From: Auanema rhodensis
Taxonomy: Eukaryota; Animalia; Nematoda
Assembly (NCBI GenBank): GCA_964057225.1
Contig: OZ059899.1
Span: 12,400,001-12,464,000, forward strand
Reading direction: 5' to 3'
DNA: 64,000 nucleotides
How positions within the stretch are numbered: the stretch's first letter is position 1; each line of letters starts with the position of its first letter. The notes below the pieces were generated by a model. The model did not search any database, had not been told where the DNA came from, and worked only from the letters and a program-made list of their open reading frames with translations. Positions 1 to 7,500 of this stretch are shown here, in pieces. The position numbers were made by a program, and so were the translations under genes.

Positions 1-1
1 C

Positions 2-2470
2 TAAAGGCTCCTGGTGATTGTTGGGAATTTGTTCGACAATGTTATCTTTGAGGTAACTTTCAATGGTTGTAGTATAGTGTGAGAGCATTTCTGGATTGTG
101 CAGTAACTTTCGCCATAGGGATACGAATCTATGGTACGCGGGCATTTTGTTGTTTTTAAGATTTTTGAAGTTATTTTTTAACGGGAACGGTGCAATAATA
201 CGGTTGTTCTCAATTTTTATATCTTTTGAGTATTCTTCATAATAATCAATAGTGCGGTCTGCGTTGGCATTTTCTGTATTGATGCCGATAGAATCCAGTT
301 CAAACAGATTAGTGAGGAGTTCTTTATGAGAGGTTTCTTTTGTTATTTCTTCTACTGTAGAGCATAATATTACTTCTTGTTGTGTATTATCATCGGGAAG
401 AGGAGCTTCTCCATGTATCATGTGGCCGAATACCGAATTTTTCAATCTCATACGTGAGGGGAGTTCGGTTTCTTCGTTTAAATGCATGAACAGTTTGTAT
501 CTATCCATCCCTATCAGTATATCCGGAGTAAATAATTCTCCGTTTGTTTGTGGATTGGCTAATTTTATTTTTCTTGTCTTTATAAATTTCAAGTCTTCTT
601 TAGATAGTTTTGGACAACGTATGGGTGTGGTTAACATGGGTTTGGTGAATAGTTTTGTTACGATAAGGGATCCACTTGAGGTTCCAATAATTACCTTTAC
701 GTCCTGAACTTCGTGCGTTTCGGACAATGCTCCGATACCGTAAAAGGTTTTCTTTTGAGAACCAAGGATGGGCAATCCTAACTTAGTGGATAAGTCCTTA
801 GATATAAACGATCTCATAGATCCTTCGTCTATGAGCATGCGTACTTGCTCATATTTTTTACTATTGTGGTTGTATATGTTTGCCATTGCTGTGCGTAATA
901 TTACTTGACTTTCTTCAATATTATGGGTGTCGGCAATGTGATTAAGTGATACTGGTGCATTGAGTGCCTCAGTAGGAATTTGATTAGTGTCAGATTCTGG
1001 TTTATAATCTGTTGTTTTTTTATTCAATGATTCTTCTGTGGTGATCAGTAAAGCCTGATCTTTTTTAATTGTAGAAGTTTCTTTATCTTTTTGGATATTT
1101 TGCACGTTGTTTCTTCCTTGTGAGCACAAGGAGGAATTATGGTCTCCTTGGCAATTTCGACATTTTTGTTTTCTGCATTCGGAACTTTTGTGTTTCTCGG
1201 AAAAACAAATCCAACAGATGGCCTTTCCGCGGATGCGGTGTCTTCTTTTCTCTGGTGTTTCAAATGTGGTGCAATGATAAAAGCGATGTTCGGATGAGTC
1301 GCAGAAAACACATGGCCAAGTTTGGGTTTTCCGTTGTTCTACGGAGTTTTCTTTATGTGCTACAGATGTGACATTCTCTTTGTGATTTCGAAACTTTTGT
1401 TCATGACTATTTCTTGTTTGTTCTTTTAGAAAAAAGGAATAGATTTTGTGGTCTACAGCTGTCAGCATTTCTTTAGTGGAATGGTAGTTGTTTGGATAAA
1501 TTAGAATGTCTTCCACGATGTGGTATGGGAATTTGTTGAGAATCATCGCGGTACACATTTCGCGGGATACTGTAGCTCCGGCTGCTTCAATTTGCCTGAT
1601 AAGTGCCTTGGTTTCCCCAAATGTTTCTTTACATGATTTTGCATTATTGCTTGCAAATCTCAAATTACGTAGTTGTGTTAAAAGAGAATTGATATCCGAC
1701 GAATAGTCTCCAAATTCAGAAACTAATGCTTCACGCATGAGCTCATAATTTTGAGCAGAGGGTTCTATTCCTCTGATTGCTATTTGTGAATCGCCTTTGA
1801 GGCTTTCACAGAGTAGGTTTACCTTTTCTAAGGTTGTAAACTGTTCATTATCATGAACAAGTCTATCAAAACGGCCCCAGAATGATTTGAAGTTCTCTGG
1901 TTTGCCATCAAATGTAGGTAGCGACATCGCTGGTTTTTGGATGCTAGTTTGTTGGATGTGTAGGAATGACTTGATAATTTCCAGAAATTGATCATTCGAT
2001 TTGTTTTCTGTTTCATTGTTTTCTGTTGAGCAATTGCTGTTGTGCTCAGATTCATTCTTATGAAGCGTTTTTCTCAGCTTTCTAAGTATGCGTTCGGCTT
2101 TCATGATGTGTTCGTCAAGCTCAATAATGGCGTTTTGAACCTTTTTAATGTTGGGTTCAAAGTCTTCATCGGATGTGAAGGCGATGTACTGTTCGTCTAA
2201 TGCTTTACGAAGCGTTTTGTCTGATGCTTCGTAAAATTTTTGGAATTTTTTCTCGTTATCTTGATGATTTTTCAACGATTCTTTGAATTGGTGTTGGACT
2301 TTTGTCCAGCGAATGATAAGGCAAGAGAGGGTTTCCTCTTCTTCCTCAGTGTGGAAGTCGCAATCTACCAGAATACCAGGAAGGTCCTTCACTTCCATCT
2401 CGTATCGTGTCAGCAGTTCTCCAAGAAACTGGTTAGATTGTTTGATATGATTGACAAAAAGGAGTGACAT
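2..2470 (-). CDS. BEL/Pao gag-pol polyprotein, N-terminal part (no stop inside the window)
   Basis: ATG at 2470 (MSLLFVNHIKQ); DUF1759-like LPTFDGKPENFKSFWGRFDRLVHDNEQFTTLEKVNLLCESLKG; triple zinc knuckle CVFCDSSEHRFYHC..CWICFSEKHKSSEC..CRNCQGDHNSSLC; protease VRMLIDEGSMRSFIS; pre-RT YTTTIESYLKDNIVEQIP. Start and window-edge segments share one frame; I did not read every codon. Its absence from the ORF track fits an ORF running off the window. Confidence 0.9.
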   Translation of the reverse strand, partial: MSLLFVNHIKQSNQFLGELLTRYEMEVKDLPGILVDCDFHTEEEEETLSCLIIRWTKVQHQFKESLKNHQDNEKKFQKFYEASDKTLRKALDEQYIAFTSDEDFEPNIKKVQNAIIELDEHIMKAERILRKLRKTLHKNESEHNSNCSTENNETENKSNDQFLEIIKSFLHIQQTSIQKPAMSLPTFDGKPENFKSFWGRFDRLVHDNEQFTTLEKVNLLCESLKGDSQIAIRGIEPSAQNYELMREALVSEFGDYSSDINSLLTQLRNLRFASNNAKSCKETFGETKALIRQIEAAGATVSREMCTAMILNKFPYHIVEDILIYPNNYHSTKEMLTAVDHKIYSFFLKEQTRNSHEQKFRNHKENVTSVAHKENSVEQRKTQTWPCVFCDSSEHRFYHCTTFETPEKRRHRIRGKAICWICFSEKHKSSECRKQKCRNCQGDHNSSLCSQGRNNVQNIQKDKETSTIKKDQALLITTEESLNKKTTDYKPESDTNQIPTEALNAPVSLNHIADTHNIEESQVILRTAMANIYNHNSKKYEQVRMLIDEGSMRSFISKDLSTKLGLPILGSQKKTFYGIGALSETHEVQDVKVIIGTSSGSLIVTKLFTKPMLTTPIRCPKLSKEDLKFIKTRKIKLANPQTNGELFTPDILIGMDRYKLFMHLNEETELPSRMRLKNSVFGHMIHGEAPLPDDNTQQEVILCSTVEEITKETSHKELLTNLFELDSIGINTENANADRTIDYYEEYSKDIKIENNRIIAPFPLKNNFKNLKNNKMPAYHRFVSLWRKLLHNPEMLSHYTTTIESYLKDNIVEQIPNNHQEPL

Positions 2471-2708
2471 TTTTGTTGTAGATGTAGGAATAATGCTTAT
2501 ATTCCTTTTTTGTTTTGTGAACGTAAGGAAATTGAAACCTCTGTTTCTAATTTCAGAGTTTGCTTATTGTTCAAGTCTGTTTGGTGTGACTTGACGTGGA
2601 CTTATGATCGCCACGATTTTTATTAAGTATGTTTTTTGCTCAAACACGCTTGGTTCGAGTTGTATCTCACCTGCCACGCGGGACTTAAAGCGGCTAAGAT
2701 CTAAACTA

Positions 2709-2720
2709 GCCGATGCACCA
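2709..2720 (-). promoter_or_regulatory. Primer binding site complementary to the 3' end of tRNA-Gly(GCC)
   Basis: Minus strand TGGTGCATCGGC begins 3 nt after the LTR-terminal CA; plus strand GCCGATGCACCA matches the remembered 3' end plus CCA of eukaryotic tRNA-Gly(GCC). Confidence 0.85.
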
Positions 2721-2723
2721 ATT

Positions 2724-2973
2724 TGTGGCGATATACCACAAATGTATAGTATGGTTGGAAGTAAAACACAAATTGAATATGTAGAAAAGGGTTTATTGAT
2801 GAATTAACAAGACAAGCACGGAATAAAATCACTGACTGCGAACGTTGAAAATGTAAGACTGATCTCTTCTCGTGGGCGGTCGTCAGCCTGAAACAAAGAG
2901 TTAGTCATGCCACATGTATAACACAACATGTGGTATGGATAAAAATTACTTAGGAAGTTAGAAGAAAGAAGAA

Positions 2974-3018
<45 letters not shown>

Positions 3019-3084
3019 AGAAACGAATAAAACAATTGTTGAAGATAAAAAAAAATTATGCAAACTCACTCGCTTATCGCGACA
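2724..3084 (-). repeat. 5' LTR (361 bp) of the BEL/Pao element
   Basis: Termini TGTGGCGATA (2724) and TATCGCGACA (3084) form a 9/10 inverted repeat with TG...CA ends; flanked by the PBS on one side and array spacer on the other; minus-strand AATAAA near 2793-2798. Confidence 0.88.
2977..3015. repeat. (GA)n microsatellite inside the LTR
   Basis: Direct GA dinucleotide run. Confidence 0.9.
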
Positions 3085-3164
3085 CTTTTATTATATAAAA
3101 CATTTTGATATATACGAAGGGTCGATCGGGATCATTTGAGCATCAAGAGTTTCAACAGACAACA

Positions 3165-3246
3165 GGTGAGATGGCCGAGCGGTCTAAGGCGCTGGTTTAA
3201 GGCACCAGTCTCTTCGGAGGCGTGGGTTCGAATCCCACTCTCATCA
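3165..3246 (+). tRNA. tRNA-Leu(AAG), first copy (representative)
   Basis: Cloverleaf: acceptor GGTGAGA/TCTCATC plus discriminator A; D arm GCC-GAGCGGTCTAA-GGC; anticodon stem CTGGT/ACCAG with loop TT-AAG-GC; long variable arm CTC-TTCG-GAG; T arm GTGGG-TTCGAAT-CCCAC; TTTT terminator 6 nt downstream. Confidence 0.98.
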
Positions 3247-3580
3247 GAATCCTTTTATTATATAAAATATTTTGTTATCTACGAAGGGTCGACAAGAACC
3301 ATTTGAGCATCAAGAGTTTCAACTGACAACAGGTGAGATGGCCGAGCGGTCTAAGGCGCTGGTTTAAGGCACCAGTCTCTTCGGAGGCGTGGGTTCGAAT
3401 CCCACTCTCATCAGAGTCCTTTTATTATATAAAACATTTTGATATCTACGAAGGGTCGACAAGAACCATTTGAGCATCAAGAGTTTCAACAGACAACAGG
3501 TGAGATGGCCGAGCGGTCTAAGGCGCTGGTTTAAGGCACCAGTCTCTTCGGAGGCGTGGGTTCGAATCCCACTCTCATCA
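3165..3580 (+). tRNA. tRNA-Leu(AAG) block 1, 3 copies
   Basis: Starts at 3165, 3332, 3499. Confidence 0.96.
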
Positions 3581-3599
3581 GAATCCTTTTATTATATAA

Positions 3600-4438
3600 C
3601 GTTCCGTTATGCTCCTGCGTCGATAATATAAACCATTGTAGTTTATACCATGACGCGAATAGTATTCCTTGGTGTAGCGGTAAGAATACAGAGCATAAGG
3701 TCAATCATAAGATAAAAGAGAGAAAGATTTATTGACATGAAACTACAACAATAATATACAAAGATAAAGATACATTACAATAAGATAAATAAAAGTATAG
3801 AGACTAAACTACAAGCCGTCCATGAGCTTGCTAAGAGGCGAACTCCCGACCAAGGGAACGAGGGAAGGCGGAGCCATTCCTCGGTCCTCTGGTCGTCTGG
3901 CTCTAACCCTTCAGCTACATACAGTCCTGTGCGAAATAGTTGGGACACTCACTAGAAACCCTTGTACCTTCTCAGACAAACTACAAAAATTCAGAAAAAA
4001 TATATTTTGGGTGTTAAAAAACGATAATGAATTCAGAAAAAATCTTCAAAATTTTAAAAATCATGTTGAAAAGTATTTTCTGAAGTCTTGAATCTATGCC
4101 ATAGGAAAAACTTGGTTATTGATCGAGCTCTGTGCTCAGAATGATTTAAAGATATTTTTAATAAATTAACTTGTTTCTAATCTCAAATTTTGTTATATTA
4201 AGAAGGATTATTCAAAATAGTCAAAAAACACTATTTTTCCTTATAAATTTAGAAATCTCATTGAAATCAGTTTTCATTATATTAACATATATTTTGACTG
4301 AATATAAACTAAACGCAAAATGTTTGAAATTAAAAAAAAAATTTTTTTTGTAGTTTGAAGGGGAATTCTGGGGCCTCTAACATAGGGGTGTCCCAACTAT
4401 TTCGCACAGGACTGTATATGGGGAGTCCGAATAGACCG
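3600..4438. mobile_element. Unclassified 344-bp insertion element, copy 1 (with nested MITE)
   Basis: Interrupts the spacer with ATAA duplicated on both sides; CGTTCCGTT...AATAGACCG termini. Confidence 0.75.
3922..4414. mobile_element. Tc1/mariner-type MITE (493 bp), copy 1
   Basis: Perfect 27-bp TIR CAGTCCTGTGCGAAATAGTTGGGACAC; TA target duplication confirmed against the empty sites near 24967 and 31501; AT-rich non-coding interior. Confidence 0.92.
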
Positions 4439-4508
4439 ATAAAATTTTTTGATATATACGAAGGGTCGACAAGAACCATTTGAGCATCAAGAGTTTCAAC
4501 TGACAACA

Positions 4509-7500
4509 GGTGAGATGGCCGAGCGGTCTAAGGCGCTGGTTTAAGGCACCAGTCTCTTCGGAGGCGTGGGTTCGAATCCCACTCTCATCAGAATCCTTTT
4601 ATTGTATAAAACATTTTGATATATACGAAGTGTCGACAAGAACCATTTGAGCATCAAGAGTTTCAACTGACAACAGGTGAGATGGCCGAGCGGTCTAAGG
4701 CGCTGGTTTAAGGCACCAGTCTCTTCGGAGGCGTGGGTTCGAATCCCACTCTCATCAGAATCCTTTTATTATATAAAACATTTTGATATATACGAAGGGT
4801 CGATCGGGATCATTTGAGCATCAAGAGTTTCAACAGACAACAGGTGAGATGGCCGAGCGGTCTAAGGCGCTGGTTTAAGGCACCAGTCTCTTCGGAGGCG
4901 TGGGTTCGAATCCCACTCTCATCAGAATCCTTTTATTATATAAAATATTTTGTTATCTACGAAGGGTCGACAAGAACCATTTGAGCATCAAGAGTTTCAA
5001 CTGACAACAGGTGAGATGGCCGAGCGGTCTAAGGCGCTGGTTTAAGGCACCAGTCTCTTCGGAGGCGTGGGTTCGAATCCCACTCTCATCAGAATCCTTT
5101 TATTATATAAAACATTTTGATATATACGAAGGGTCGACAAGAACCATTTAGGCATCAAGAGTTTCAACAGACAACAGGTGAGATGGCCGAGCGGTATAAG
5201 GCGCTGGTTTAAGGCACCAGTCTCTTCGGAGGCGTGGGTTCGAATCCCACTCTCATTTATTGTAAAAAACATTTTGATATATACGAAGGGTCGATCGGGA
5301 TCATTTGATTATCAAGAGTTTCAACTGACAACAGGTGAGATGGCCGAGCGGTCTAAGGCGCTGGTTTAAGGCACCAGTCTCTTCGGAGGCGTGGGTTCGA
5401 ATCCCACTCTCATCAGAATCCTTTTATTATATAAAACATTTTGTTATATACGAAGTGTCGACAAGAACCATTTGAGCTTTAAGAGTTTCAACAGACAACA
5501 GGTGAGATGGCCGAGCGGTCTAAGGCGCTGGTTTAAGGCACCAGTCTCTTCGGAGGCGTGGGTTCGAATCCCACTCTCATCAGAATCCTTTTATTGTATA
5601 AAACATTTTGATATATACGAAGGGTCGACAAGAACCATTTGAGCATCAAGAGTTTCAACAGACAACAGGTGAGATGGCCGAGCGGTCTAAGGCGCTGGTT
5701 TAAGGCACCAGTCTCTTCGGAGGCGTGGGTTCGAATCCCACTCTCATCAGAATCCTTTTATTATATAAAACATTTTGTTATATACGAAGTGTCGACAAGA
5801 ACCATTTGAGCATCAAGAGTTTCAACAGACAACAGGTGAGATGGCCGAGCGGTCTAAGGCGCTGGTTTAAGGCACCAGTCTCTTCGGAGGCGTGGGTTCG
5901 AATCCCACTCTCATCAGAATCCTTTTATTGTATAAAACATTTTGATATATACGAAGGGTCGACAAGAACCATTTGAGCATCAAGAGTTTCAACAGACAAC
6001 AGGTGAGATGGCCGAGCGGTCTAAGGCGCTGGTTTAAGGCACCAGTCTCTTCGGAGGCGTGGGTTCGAATCCCACTCTCATCAGAATCCTTTTATTGTAT
6101 AAAACATTTTGATATATACGAAGGGTCGACAAGAACCATTTGAGCATCAAGAGTTTCAACAGACAACAGGTGAGATGGCCGAGCGGTCTAAGGCGCTGGT
6201 TTAAGGCACCAGTCTCTTCGGAGGCGTGGGTTCGAATCCCACCCTCATCAGAATCCTTTTATTGTATAAAACATTTTGATATATACGAAGGGTCGATCGA
6301 GATCATTTGATTATCAAGAGTTTCAACAGATAACAGGTGAGATGGCCGAGCGGTCTAAGGCGCTGGTTTAAGGCACCAGTATCTTCGGAGGCGTGGGTTC
6401 GAATCCCACTCTCATCAGAATCCTTTTATTATATAAAACATTTTGATATATACGAAGGGTCGACAAGAACCATTTGAGCATCAAGAGTTTCAACAGACAA
6501 CAGGTGAGATGGCCGAGCGGTCTAAGGCGCTGGTTTAAGGCACCAGTCTCTTCGGAGGCGTGGGTTCGAATCCCACTCTCATCAGAATCCTTTTATTGTA
6601 TAAAACATTTTGATATATACGAAGGGTCGACAAGAACCATTTGAGCATCAAGAGTTTCAACAGACAACAGGTGAGATGGCCGAGCGGTCTAAGGCGCTGG
6701 TTTAAGGCACCAGTCTCTTCGGAGGCGTGGGTTCGAATCCCACCCTCATCAGAATCCTTTTATTGTATAAAACATTTTGATATATACGAAGGGTCGATCG
6801 AGATCATTTGATTATCAAGAGTTTCAACAGATAACAGGTGAGATGGCCGAGCGGTCTAAGGCGCTGGTTTAAGGCACCAGTATCTTCGGAGGCGTGGGTT
6901 CGAATCCCACTCTCATCAGAATCCTTTTATTATATAAAACATTTTGATATATACGAAGGGTCGACAAGAACCATTTGAGCATCAAGAGTTTCAACAGACA
7001 ACAGGTGAGATGGCCGAGCGGTCTAAGGCGCTGGTTTAAGGCACCAGTCTCTTCGGAGGCGTGGGTTCGAATCCCACTCTCATCAGAATCCTTTTATTGT
7101 ATAAAACATTTTGATATATACGAAGGGTCGACAAGAACCATTTGAGCTTTAAGAGTTTCAACAGACAACAGGTGAGATGGCCGAGCGGTCTAAGGCGCTG
7201 GTTTAAGGCACCAGTCTCTTCGGAGGCGTGGGTTCGAATCCCACTCTCATCAGAATCCTTTTATTGTATAAAACATTTTGATATATACGAAGGGTCGACA
7301 AGAACCATTTGAGCTTCAAGAGTTTCAACAGACAACAGGTGAGATGGCCGAGTGGTCTAAGGCGCTGGTTTAAGGCACCAGTCTCTTCGGAGGCGTGGGT
7401 TCGAATCCCACTCTCATCAGAATCCTTTTATTGTATAAAACATTTTGATATATACGAAGGGTCGACAAGAACCATTTGAGCATCAAGAGTTTCAACAGAC

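Larger units (their letters stand above)
1..3084 (-). mobile_element. BEL/Pao LTR retrotransposon, 5' portion (LTR, PBS, gag-protease); continues beyond the left edge
   Basis: Minus-strand polyprotein with BEL/Pao gag and protease motifs, preceded by a TGG-starting PBS and a TG...CA LTR; the LTR boundary at 3084 joins directly to tRNA-array spacer sequence. Confidence 0.93.

Noticed and set aside
815-835. Inactivated protease (DEG instead of DSG/DTG)
   Set aside because: DEGS-type motifs occur in BEL/Pao proteases to my knowledge, so this is not evidence of decay.
420-2807. Small ORFs listed in the track over the retrotransposon
   Set aside because: Antisense or off-frame shadows of the gag-pol ORF.
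3607-3698. Hammerhead ribozyme
   Set aside because: Three-stem geometry is present but the CUGANGA and GAAA core motifs are absent on both strands.
3903-3910. Telomere seed CTAACCCT
   Set aside because: Single short match to TTAGGG, whereas the usual nematode repeat is TTAGGC; expected by chance.
3673-3919. Solo LTR (TGTAGC...GCTACA) inside the 344-bp element
   Set aside because: 6-bp inverted ends and a minus-strand AATAAA are suggestive, but there is no target duplication, no correctly oriented polypurine tract and no recognisable PBS, and a stem spans the supposed boundary. Not excluded, but unsupported.
3822-4353. 89-aa and 60-103-aa ORFs in the insertions as a transposase or cargo gene
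   Set aside because: They cross the element/MITE junction, differ between copies by a homopolymer indel and show no recognisable domain.
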